A DNA stretch of 64,000 bases from Narcine bancroftii (taxonomy: Eukaryota): the NCBI RefSeq assembly GCF_036971445.1, contig NC_091472.1, positions 11,966,001-12,030,000 on the forward strand, written 5' to 3'. The first letter of the stretch is position 1, and the number at the start of each line of letters is the position of its first letter. Both the position numbers and the translations under genes were made by a program. A model generated the notes under the pieces. It searched no databases, was not told the origin of the DNA, and was given only the letters and a program-made list of their open reading frames with translations. Below are positions 35,840-47,725 of the stretch, in pieces.

Positions 35840-36344
35840 CTGTAGTGAATCAGAAGAGATTTCAGTAAAGAGATAGAGCAGTGGTTTGCCACTTACTCCA
35901 CGGACTTAATTTCCTAGCCTGCTTTTTCTTAAAAGAACTGCACCACTGCACCACATTCTTTACCCTGCTGCACTGCTATCTGCAATAATGCCCAATTCAC
36001 AAGGATTGAGAGGAACAAGCAGCTTCAAAGGTAGGAGGTGGCTGTTCTCCGTGGTGGTGTCCACTATAGGACTCTGATCAAAAAAACAACTAGTGTAGCA
36101 TCTACAGATGTTAGCTTTGTTTCAAAAGTGCCTGTCCTCAAACACAATTTTCCGTTATTCCTCGATTCCTTTTGATATCTAGATATCCAGCGATCTGTGA
36201 GTTGCATGCAGTGAGGAGCTTGCACAGCCCGTCCCGACGTTAGAGAAGTTCTTTATTCCTAAAGGTTATGACAATGTTTGTGTGGTGCTGAGTATGAACA
36301 TCTAGAAATACAGATCTGGGAAGTGAAGCAAGCACTAGCCAAGT

Positions 36345-36600
36345 CTGAACATTAGAACACTACAGCATAGTGCAGGCCATTCTGCTCTCGACGTTGAGCC
36401 AACCCACTTATTCCTACCAAAAAAAAGAGCCCTTTCTACCTCATAACCCTCCATTTTTCTTTCATCCATGTGCCTGTCTAAGAGTCTCTTAAATGCCCCT
36501 AATGCTTCAGCCTCCGCCACCATTATTGGCTAGGCATTCCAGGGATCCACAACTTTTTTTTTTTAAAAACTTACCCCTGAAGTCTCTTTAAACTTTCCTA
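36345..36600 (-). mobile_element. CR1 3' end fragment
   Basis: AFKRLLDRHMDERKMEGY plus CR1 3' UTR. Confidence 0.75.
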
Positions 36601-36924
36601 CTATCAAAGGGCTGAGTATTTTACATATCATCCCCAAGAACAAGAGTCACAACTTCTTGCTTTTTGTAATTTACAATAAATGGAGCGAGGGCAAGGAGAG
36701 ACGGATGCTGAACAGGGGAAAATTACAGAAAATTAAGTGGCTGGTGAGGAAAGAATTTAGTTTGACAAAGAATCATGTCAGACTATTTAATCAAGATAAA
36801 TTCAAGAGTTGCAACCCCACGGGTAAATAGATTACAAATGGCCACATTTATGGTTTACATCTCAAGTCTTGGGTAATTATAAAAGGGAATATGCAAGCAA
36901 GGGCAAAAGGGATTCAAAATGTAC

Positions 36925-37130
36925 CTGTCCATAGCCTCCTCGATTGTGGCCATGTCCCCTGTGGTTGTCTGCTGGACCCCTGTGGTTGTAAGCACCACCT
37001 CTGCCACTGTAAGAGCCTCTATCAATGAAACCACCCCTGGTATAGCCCATCATGGGAGCGAAGCGCTGGTTTTGTGGATAACCACGATTCTGCTGATTTC
37101 CTCTTCTATTAAACTGGCCACGGTTTGAAC
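36925..37130 (-). CDS. HNRNPU: hnRNP U exon 12 (RGG box)
   Basis: CTACAG| acceptor and CAG|GTACAT donor, 206 nt, open: SNRGQFNRRGNQQNRG...HNRGGYGQ. Confidence 0.9.
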
Positions 37131-37424
37131 CTGTAGAAAAAGCAAATGGTCAAACAAATGCTTCAAAAGAAAAATTATTACAAACCTATCTGGTAAGAGA
37201 AGGAGCGTGGAACAAATTGGATTTCTCTCTCGCCACAATCACGATAAACCAAACTGCCACGACTCATGATTCTTTATACATGCACAGCAAATTTTGAGAA
37301 TTAACTGGCTTACAGAAAACAGGTTCCTGACAAAATATATGTAGGTAAAACATTCAAAATAACCTGTCTGCTCAATGTTCAAGGTTAAAGGGTCCGTTTC
37401 TAAGCTGTAAATTTATTTAGATTT

Positions 37425-37648
37425 TAAATTTAGACTTGCAGCACAGTTACAGGCCCTTCCAGCCCATATACCCCAAATAACCAAATACGTTTTAAATGGT
37501 GGGAGGAAACTGAAACACCCAGAGGAAACCCATGCAGATACAGGGAGAACATACAAGCTCCCTACAGGCAGTGCAAGATTCGAACCCCGGTCCCAATCAC
37601 TGGCACTGTAACAGCATTGCACTAACCACCACGCTAACCATGCGGTCC
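37425..37648 (-). mobile_element. Near full-length V-SINE (HE1-like) in HNRNPU intron 11
   Basis: A box TAGCGTGGTGG, B box GGTTCGAATC, V-core and CR1-like tail. Confidence 0.85.
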
Positions 37649-37976
37649 TAAATTGTATCCTATAAATACACAAATCTCATTTGGCTGTAGCCATTCCACA
37701 CCCAAGAAAGCAAACTTAGTTCTACATCCAACAACTCCTTCTGTTCAAGTCAATACTGTCTTTATGCAAAACACCGATCCTTTTTAATTTGTCCAAGGTT
37801 CACATTAAAATTATGTTTATTTAAGCCACACACTGGAGGATGTTGGGACAAACCAAATGCCCAAAATAATACTTCTCTTCCTAGGTTTTTCTGTACAAGC
37901 TTGTGGCTTGCTGTTAAGAAATGAAACATACGCAGATAAAGTGGAGACTTGCTTTGCTGCATGGAATGCCCCGTAC

Positions 37977-38255
37977 CTCCTCGGTAATTGCCGCCGCCAC
38001 CACCACGGTTCTGATATCCACCACGTCCTCCTCTCTGACCACCTCGATTGTACTGGTTCATTCCACCTCGTTGTCCACTTCTCCCCTGATTCATTGCCCT
38101 CTTCCCTGCATTGGTGTTGGGCTTTTTCTCTGGTGGAAGAGCCGCCTTACTTTCTTCCTTGTACTTCTCAAGCAATTTCTGAGCATCTTCCTTCTCCAGT
38201 TCTGCATAACTCACCTCATCAAGAAAGTCACCCACTTCAGGAAGTGCGAAGATAC
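37977..38255 (-). CDS. HNRNPU: hnRNP U exon 11
   Basis: TTCCAAG| acceptor and G|GTACGG donor, 279 nt: [44 protein letters not shown]...RGG. Confidence 0.95.
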
Positions 38256-39244
38256 CTTGGAAAAACAGGCCAACATTAAGAATCCACGTGTCAATCGTAT
38301 TATCTCTAAACTATATTCTGTCTGTATATCCACAATGTCTTCAAAAGAAGAGTATTGCAGCCACAACAAATCACACTTTACAACAAAAATTGTTAATTCC
38401 TGATCTTGGACACTTGCTAGAGAGCAGGTCCATAATGCTAGTTGCCTTTACTTCAGCAGGACAGAATACAAATAGACTACCCAACTGAGCTCTGTACTCA
38501 CCCAATATCCACATGCTCTTCAGCAGAGGTCACTGAACAGCAGCAAGAAATATGATGCAAGAAGGTGTAAATGGCACTCCAGTACCATTACTGACCAAGG
38601 TCAGATGTGGCAAACTTAACACAGCCATGATCCACAGTTTTCATAGCAACACAGTTACTAGATAAACCACCTGACAATGTCAATCTGAAACTTGTCTATC
38701 TGGAAAGCATCCTTTCCGTCTACTTCAATCCACACTGCAATACCAGAGCTCAATTACAAATACATTAAAGATCAAAATACAGCGAAAGACATTTAGAGAA
38801 TTGTTTAAATAACATCAGCATAAAACCAAAGTCATGAGAAATAATGGTATACAGCGAGTCTATAAAATATCACTCAAGCTCAAAATTACACAGAAAATTT
38901 TTTTGAAAAGCTACAACTAGCTAGAATTACAGTTCACCTCAACTATTACTTTATTTTTAAGGGGCACAAAATATTTTACGTTTACGGAAGTAAAGCACGT
39001 CAAAAATACATTTCAATTTTTATGGGTCAGCCAAAGAAAATCTAAAAATCAGAATAGGTTATTAAAATATACAAAAATAAAATCTAAAATGGGACACTGT
39101 ACACTTAAAGATTTGGTTAAAAATAAACATACAATAGCTAAATGCACTGTTGTATCACTAACACATTCAACGACCAGGTGTTCTAGCTCCCAAAGTAAAA
39201 CTGATCAATGCATGACCAGAATTGCACTCAAATTGAATCTACAC

Positions 39245-39413
39245 CTTTCATTTTCAGAACAGCATGTTCTGGGACATCCTTTCCCTCTTCCTCTGCTTTC
39301 TTCTTTGAACGCTCCTTATATTCTTCATCTGATGGACAAATGACAACCGCTTTACGCTGGAAGCCTGCGAACAGGCACATCTTTCTTCTCTGTGCAGCTG
39401 CACACACATTTGT
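39245..39413 (-). CDS. HNRNPU: hnRNP U exon 10
   Basis: 169 nt, AG/GT bounded: [27 protein letters not shown]...PEHAVLKMK. Confidence 0.95.
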
Positions 39414-39844
39414 CTACACAAGAAAATTAAAAGTGTTTTTTTTGAAAAACAACTGCTTCTCATTTTGAGTTATCCAGGCACCCCTGCCGCCCCATTCTTC
39501 CACAGCATCCCATCTTTCTTAATTTGACCAGCATAGCTGATACATCAGTTTATTTTCCACGATATACAATTAATTACAGTAAAATTATTACAAAGCATGG
39601 CTACAATAAAGTTTGAATGTGCCATTTTATTGGGTTTTCCTGCTTATTGCGAACTCAAGAGCCTTGCCTCTAGTCTGTACTTGAATACCAATCTCTGAAT
39701 ATACATACAGCTGCTATTCTAATTCAAACCTTTCTTCTCTCAACAATCTGACCTGCTATCTGGACCATCTACAGGAACAATTATTCAGGTGTTAAGAGAG
39801 GGGAAGGAGAGGGAGGAAAAGGAGAAAACCTAACACCCACATAC

Positions 39845-39973
39845 CTGATCAAGAATGTAGTTACGCTTCTTGCGAGCAGCTATCTCAATAAACTTGCTCA
39901 AGCATTGCGTAGCTTGCTGGATCAATGTAGTCAATTTAACTCTGTCGGTCTTCTGACGCTTGAAGCTCAACAC
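39845..39973 (-). CDS. HNRNPU: hnRNP U exon 9 (Walker B region)
   Basis: 129 nt, AG/GT bounded: ...[21 protein letters not shown]. Confidence 0.95.
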
Positions 39974-40470
39974 CTGAAACAGACAACAGATGTTCAGCAG
40001 GAAGCAGCTAGGATGTCTGGAAATCCAAACAAAAAAAATCTTATCCAGTGAGTTGGTCACTCGCCGTCTTTACTCATCTCCAAACAATTTAATGCATTTA
40101 AGCAGGAAACATTAAAAGGCTGCATTGCATTTTCATGTCACTTTGCAAGTAAACGATCGTAACATTCTATGAAATAACACCAAAGCAAACAGATTTCCTT
40201 AATTTCACCTTTACCTATTTATTTTTCCCCATTTTAGTAAAATGTTCGTATTGATGGATACAGACTAAATACAAGATGGAAGTAAAAGCCGAGAGAGTCG
40301 CTTCATGCCATCATCCACTCGCCTCAGAGATACAATGGAATAGATGCAAAACTCAAAATTGGAAGCCAGTTTGCAAGACAGACATACTTAAACTTTCAGA
40401 GACAAACAATAAAATGCTAATAGGGTTTTTATTTGCAGATATACCAAGGCAGACATCTCAAATATCGCAC

Positions 40471-40590
40471 CTTCATAATATCCATGATGTTGTTTGTCCC
40501 CAAAATGTTGTATTTTCCTGGGTACTCTGCTGCATGCTTGGAAACCCACACCGACTTACCACTCCCAGGCAAGCCAACCATCATCAAAAC
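40471..40590 (-). CDS. HNRNPU: hnRNP U exon 8 (Walker A, GLPGSGKS)
   Basis: 120 nt, AG/GT bounded: [40 protein letters not shown]. Confidence 0.95.
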
Positions 40591-41106
40591 CTGAAACAAT
40601 CCAAATTGAGAAATATTACTGCAGATCAATTCAAGCAACCCCTGCTAAATAGAACACTGGTTTAATACATGTATTTATTTTTGTATTGAAAATCTTTCAC
40701 ACTTCTGTATACCCTGCTCTTGCATAAAAAAATGATCACACCAAACAGCAAGAGACAAAATACTTCTATCTCTGAGGAAGAGTTAGGGAGAAAGTAAGAT
40801 CAGTTGTCCGTCCACTACACGGAAAACACATTAGGGTGAGATACAAGAACCGTTTGGGGAAAAAAAAGGAGAAAAATGAGTCAACTAATCTGTATCACAT
40901 TAGACATTCTACTCCAAATATTAACAAATTTTGTTTTCAACATAGATTTTACTTGGGTAAAAAATAATCAAAGCAAAGATGATAAAACTAAGCCGACAGA
41001 TAAACTGTAACCTAAAAAGGTACCCAACCCAAATTATTCATTCCAAGGTTCCTTTCATTTCAATAAAACTAAAAAAAAATCAATGCTTTGAAAGTATCAC
41101 ACTTAC

Positions 41107-41370
41107 TTCACACTCTCCTTTGGTTTTCGGCCCCTTTGGCCCTCGGACACGGTCCTCCAATGGGACTTGCTGGATGAAAGTGATGCCTTCGGGTGTAGGA
41201 AAGAATGGAGTCTCCATCTGTCCAAAATTAAACTCCACTGCGCAATTGTGGCAGAGAACATGGGGAAATAAAGCCCTGTCAGCCAGGCAATCTTTTCCGA
41301 TCTTAAATGCAACACCCAGATCCTGTCCGTTCTTGGAGTAAGAGACTTCGATTTCACCAGCATCAAAGTT
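41107..41370 (-). CDS. HNRNPU: hnRNP U exon 7 (SPRY C-terminal part)
   Basis: 264 nt, AG/GTAAGT bounded: [22 protein letters not shown]...[18 protein letters not shown]...[13 protein letters not shown]. Confidence 0.95.
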
Positions 41371-41708
41371 CTGTAACAAAACACAAGATTGAGGGAGTTT
41401 TGCAAAATTTCCTCAGGAGAAGCTTCCTCATTGCAGCCAATGGTTTGAGTGTATGTGGTACTGCCACAACAACTCAAAAGAACTATTACATTATGCCCAT
41501 GTTGTGACATAACTCAGGATTCAAAATGGTGAATTTAAAAATCATTTCAATTTCCTGCATGAGAGGAATCTTTTGAAATCGCAGCTTGTTAGCAATCGAT
41601 AAACCCAGTCCTATTTCTATTCATTTGAAAACACAGAAAGTAGGTGCAATAGTGCAGCGCCAATGTAATTAAGAGTTTATGCCAAGATCCCACAAGATAT
41701 CAACTTAC

Positions 41709-41821
41709 AATAAAGCAACCAATCACATCATTCTCTCCAAACTTTTCGCCATACTCTTCAGATTTGCAATTTGAACATTTTGTTCCATTTCCAGAGTACC
41801 CAACAGAAAGCTCTTCTTCCC
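41709..41821 (-). CDS. HNRNPU: hnRNP U exon 6 (SPRY)
   Basis: 113 nt, AG/GTAAGT bounded: GEEELSVGYSG...YGEKFGENDVIGCFI. Confidence 0.95.
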
Positions 41822-44015
41822 CTGAAAGAACAAGTGTTCGATTTAAACCCCACAAATTAACATTGCTGTATACGTTAAAAAAAACATGGAGGCAGTTTAA
41901 AAAAAAAATGGCCACAATGGAAATAGTTAAATCACAATGTATTCAAAGTCTGAAAAGTCAGATATACCCTTTGGCAGCAGACCCTTCATTACAGCCAAAA
42001 TATTGTAATTGATGGGAAATAATAAGTAGATAAAATGAGTTCAAGATAAAGTGTATGCCTTTTGTCTGTAGCTACCAATCCAATACTGACAATCAGTCAT
42101 TTTATAAAATGTGATCTGGGTGGTAGTTAAGTGAAGCAGTCAGTGACAATGTTCTGTTTTCACTGCTGTCACAGACCAGAAGTGTATGATTACCACTTGG
42201 TTCCTATCATTGAATAAAATTACACCACTCTCAACATGCTGAACTCACATGCATTGAGTGAAGAATGGTGGAAGTCTCATTGGAGCAGCAAATTTGTTGC
42301 AAGTTCACAGTGAAAGTGAATTGTGGAGTAATTATTTATAAACTGATTTTATAGAGTTGTTTACTCCAGAGTGTTTTTTTTAAATAGGAGAGCAAGCAAA
42401 ATGTTAATGAAAAATGTGGTTCTCCAAAGACAAAAATACTGGAAATAAGAATCTACCAGTTCAATGTGATACCCATAAAGGGTCCAGACCCAAACATTGA
42501 CTGGCCATTTTCACCATGAATACAGCCTGACCCTTTAAGTTCCTGCAGCAATTTATTATTTGCCACCAGTTCAACTGTGTGTGAAATGAGAAAATGTAGA
42601 ATTTCTGGAACAAGCGCTGTTAAAGGTGAAACTACGGTTTATTTTGAGAAAAATAAAAACAATTAAACATAGTGACAGCATGAAGAGATCCTTTAAAAAT
42701 CAAAACAAATCTCTTAATTACCAGCTTTAATTAAATACTGAATATTACAAAAAATCTAGTTTTCTCAAGAATGGCAAGTTTTTTTAAAAAATCGTTTACC
42801 CAGCATGTATATACAAATTCAATCAGAGAAAATGTCCAAGTTAACAAAATGTCTTGAATCTCAGAATATATGTGCAACAAATATGCAATACATCCCTGAT
42901 TTTAAAGCACAATTTAAGAAAACTTTAGAAGCTGAAATTATCCTCTTCACTGAAACAATACAATCTCTTTTCCCCCCTTTTAGTGCTTCTCTGTTGTATC
43001 ACCATAATAAATCAAGGACTTATTTTATTTCCTTGTCAATACACACACTGGAAAGCTCACAAAGCAATCAACCATACACAGCATATAATCATCTCAACCA
43101 AAGTATTAATTTTCTAGATTTTGCTGGATTCCAATCTCAAATTCAATTTCACTCTGTTTTTCCACAAGTAAATTATGATCAGAGTAGCAGCTGATATTTG
43201 GTAGCTCAGTGCTGACAAGAATCAACCATTCTAGTCTCATTACTTGGATAATGTGTCGGCAAACAAAGTAAATACACTGACACATTACTTGTAATGGAGT
43301 GCTGGTCTAAATTTAGCACAGTAAGCTGCAAAGGCACATTTTCATCAGGCAAGTGATATCAGCGCTGAGATTTCCCAATAATTTTTCCAGTCAGCAGATA
43401 TTACTTATGTCAGTATCAGTGTAAACTAGAATTAGTGCGCAAACAAGAAAGTACCTTGCCATTGATTTTTCAGATTCTCCCTTTGCCTTGTATGGTAATC
43501 AGATGCAAAATGTCAGATATTTGGCAAGAGAACAATTTTCTACTTTCAGTGCTACCAAGAACTCCCACTGAATTGTGCTGCTTCAACAATACTGATCATT
43601 TTGCACCTCCTACACTATCTTTCATAGAGCATATTTATATTAAACTAGAGGGACTTCTGGCTGCACATTTCATCACCGAACTAGCTGGAAAAGGTGCAGT
43701 TTTAAACACAGCATTTTTTTCCTCAGTTCGTGCCTTCATTTGGGATCTGCTGAGTATTTCCAGCATTACTTCTCACACTGAGGAGTTCCATAAAAATTGA
43801 AGGCCGAATGTTACAATCTACCTACCTCCATAAAAAGGTTCTCCAATCATTCTCCCCTTCCCCCATCCCCACAGCCTTTTAGAAGAGCTATTCTCAACTG
43901 GGGCCAGACCAGAAACGTCACACCATACCATATACCAATGGTCAGTATTTCCACCAATATTGAGAAGGGAAAAGATGCTGTCTGTGAGGAAGCAGGAAAC
44001 TGAAATTAAACTTAC

Positions 44016-44115
44016 CAAGTAACATGCTGTAGGAAGCCAGTGACCAGCCAACCCTCACCTCATGTGGGTCAGTCTGATCCGCTGGCAAATGTTTAACTGG
44101 TATCTTCTCAATTAC
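44016..44115 (-). CDS. HNRNPU: hnRNP U exon 5 (SPRY)
   Basis: 100 nt, AG/GTAAGT bounded: VIEKIPVKHLPADQTDPHEVRVGWSLASYSMLL. Confidence 0.95.
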
Positions 44116-44196
44116 CTGTTGATACAAGATGATATTAATACAATTTTGCTTTTTTGCTCAAAATAATAATTGCACAAAATCATGATTTTTTTTTAC

Positions 44197-44336
44197 CTTC
44201 ATCTCAAAGCAGATTTTTCCTTTATTAACTCCATAGGAAGCTCTTCCACCAGCCCAGAGGTAGGCAAAGCCTTCCATAGTCAAAGGCATTGCACCAAAAC
44301 GATCTCTATTGATTTTAAAGTGCAAATCACAATTAT
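44197..44336 (-). CDS. HNRNPU: hnRNP U exon 4 (SPRY)
   Basis: 140 nt, AG/GT bounded: [47 protein letters not shown]. Confidence 0.95.
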
Positions 44337-45094
44337 CTAGAAAAAAAATTATGCTTGTTAGTGCTTTATCCTTCACCCATCACAAACCTATGCATTATTA
44401 GAATACATTGGCAGACATGCACAAATTCAATTCACCAGGGACATTTCCCTAAAGCAACAAAGATGACTACCCCCTACCAATCAGGACAATTGATAATAAT
44501 CAAATAACATGAATGTAAAAATATAAAAGTATGAAACTTATTTTACAACAAAAGTCAAGAATGATTAGAAATTTGTTCCAACTATGGAATAATTCTGGAA
44601 CTAAACAGCTCTGAAAGACACTGCAACTTGATAATATTAAAACAACCTCAGGGTCCACCAATTATCATCACCTAAAAAAAGGATGCCATCATTAATTTCC
44701 TGCCCCCTCCAAGGCCAAGTTAAACACACAGGACATAATAACAATATTAAAAATTGCTTTTTAAAAAAAGTACTTTTAAGACATTAAGCGATATCAAAGT
44801 GCCCCCTCAAACAGAAAACCTAGCTGCAATAAAGCAAAACAAATAAGACAAATATTGAAACAGATTACACCAAGTCACCAGTTTGTGGGTAGCAGCAAAA
44901 GTGGCCAAGAATGAAAAGGTTATTTGTTCCCCCCCCCCCCACCACTGCCATAAATTATTAAAATAAACCCTCGATGTATTCTAATAAAGAATGTACGATT
45001 TCAAGATCAATTTTCTCTCTGGTGTTCTGTACTGCCTCTCAATTCAATTCGGTTTTCCTTTCTATAATTTACACATGGACAGCTGGGCAAGTTT

Positions 45095-47725
45095 TAGAAC
45101 ACACAGAACAGCATAATGCAGGCCCTTTGGCCCTTGTTGTTGTACTGAGCCACATACTCCTTTAAAAAAAGTACTAAACTCACCCTATCCCATAACCCTC
45201 CATTTTTCTTTCATCCTTGTTCCTCTCTGAGAGTCCTTAAATGGCCTGTTTCAGCCTCCACCACCATCCATGGCAAGGCACTCCAAGCACCCTCAATTCC
45301 ACGTTAAAAAAAATTACCCCGATGTCTCCCCCAGCATTCTCCTCTTTCACTTTGCACACATGTCCTCTGATGTTTGCTATCCCTGCTCTGGGAAACAGGT
45401 GTGCTGGCTGTCCATCCTATAAATGCCTCTCATAATCTTGTAGACTTCTATCGAGTCTCCTTTCATCCTTCTACGCTCCAAAGAGAAAAGTCGCAGTTCT
45501 ACTAACCTTGCCTCATAAAACTTATTTCCAAACCAGGCAACATTCTGGTAAATCTCCTCTGCACCCTCTCCACATCCTTCTTATAAGGAGGTAACCAGAA
45601 CTGAACACAATACTCCAAGTGTCAAGTTGCAACATGACCTCACTACTCCTGGACTTAATCCCCCTATTAATGAAGCCCAGTATCCCATAGACCTTCTTAA
45701 CTATCCTATGATCCTGTACAGTGACCTTGAGTAATGTGTGGATTTGTACTCCAAGGTCCCTCTGTTCATCCACTCTTAAGTAACTGACTATTTACCCTGT
45801 ACTCAGCCTTCTGGTTTGCCCTTCCAAAATGCATCACCTCACACTTACTCAGATTGAACTTCATCTGCCACTTTTCTGGATCCTGTCTATATCCTCTTGT
45901 AATCTTTGATAACCTTCAGCTCCATCCACAACTCCATCCACAACTCCTCCAACTTTAGTTTCATCTGCAAACTTACTGACCCATTCTTCTGCCTCTTCAT
46001 CCAGGTTATTTATAAAAATCATAAAGAGCAGGGGTCCCAGAACAGATCCTTGCAGCCCTTCACCAGGCAGAATACTTTCTTTCCACTACTACTTTCTGCT
46101 TTCTTCCTACAAGCCAAATTTTTATCCACTGAGCCTATGCCTCATGACTTTCTGGATGAGTCTCTCATGCGGGACCTTGTCAAAAGCCATCCTAAAATGT
46201 AGATGTGCAGACCACATCTACCACCCTACCCTCATCTATTTCTTTTGTTACCTCCTCAAAAATCTCAATTAGATTTGTGGTGCATAAACCTTCCCTTCAC
46301 AAAGCCAAGCTGACTATCCTTGAGTAGACTGTACTTCTCCAAATGATCATAGATCTTATCCTTAATAATTCTCTCCAACAGTTTGGACGCCACTGACACA
46401 AAACTCACCGGTCTGTAATTCCCAGGATTCTCCCTATTACCTTTTTAAACAAGGGTGCCATGCTCCAATCCTTTGGCACCTCCCTGGCAGCCAAAGAGGA
46501 TTCAAAGATCATAGCTAATGCCCCAGCTATCTCTTCTCACTACCCACAGCAACCTGGGGTATATCACATCCAGCCCCAGGCATTTATCAATCTTGTTTTT
46601 AAGAAGATCCAACACTTCCTTTTCCTTAATCACCACACTGTCCAGCACACAGCCCTGTTCTATTCTGACCTCACCCTGATCAAGGTCCTTTTCTCTTGTG
46701 AATACTGAAGCAAGGTATTTATTTAGGACCTCCCCAATCTCCTCCACCTCCAAACTTATGTTGCCTCTTTTATCCTATAGCGCCCCCACCTTAACACCTT
46801 GAGGTGTTACCAAGGCCTTCTCATGCCCCCTTCGAATTCTCCCAAGTCTTTAAGCTCCTCATGAGCCTTTCCCGTTTCCTATATCTAACATACTTCTTCC
46901 TCTTGACTAGTTGCCTCACCTGTTTCGTCAGCCACGGTTCCCTTTTCCTACCATCTTTTCCCTGTCCCAGTGGGACAAACTTATCCTGAGCCCAGCACAG
47001 TGGTCCCTAAACTTTCTCCACATTACTTCTGTGCTTTCACCCTTGAACATCTGTTTCCAATTTACTCTTGCTAGTTCCTCCCTCATCTCTTTCCCCCCAT
47101 TTAAGCACTTTACCCTTTTGTCTGTTTTTATCCTTTTCCATAGCTATGTTGAAGCTAAGGAAGTTGTGGTCACTCTTACCAAAATTCTGGCTATCCCTTG
47201 ACCAGGTTCATACCCAGAATTAAATCCAGTTTGGCCTCTCCTCTCGTTGGCTGGTTCACACACTGTGTCAGGAATCCTTCCTGAACACACCTGACAAATT
47301 CAGCCCCATCCATCCCTCTTGCAGTCATGAGGTTCCAGGAATATTACAGAAGTTGAAGTCACCCATAACTACAATCCTATATTTCCTGCACCATTCCAAA
47401 ATCTGCCTGCTTATCTACTCTTTGGTGTCCCAAAGGCTATTTGGGGGCCTACAAACTACTCCCAGCACAGTGATATCTCCCTTCCTATTTATGACTTTCA
47501 CCCACATCAACTCAGTGGACTCTCTGCAGCATCTTCCCTTTCTTTAGCTGTGATACTGTCCCTGATCAGTAATGCTACTCACCCCCAACTTTTCTACCTC
47601 CCATCGCATTCCTTTTAAAACACCTAAACCCCAGTACCTGCTTCAGCCAATCCTTCCTTTCTCCAGCCAAGTTTCAGTACAGCCACAATGTTGTAGTCCA
47701 ACATACTGATCCATGCTCTAAGTTA
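45095..47725 (-). mobile_element. Long decayed CR1 LINE in HNRNPU intron 3
   Basis: Collinear APE, RT and 3' UTR remnants (EEIGEVLNKYLASVFT, DEQRDLGVQIH) with many stops and frameshifts. Confidence 0.85.

Noticed and set aside
35897-36101. Cassette exon in HNRNPU intron 12 using the GA|GTAAGT donor at 35896
   Set aside because: The downstream intron would be only 57 nt, shorter than usual for vertebrates, and there is no other support.
1822-37648. Strand bias of V-SINEs (six copies on minus)
   Set aside because: The sample is small, a plus-strand tail exists near 33880-33950, and there is no consistent relation to gene orientation.
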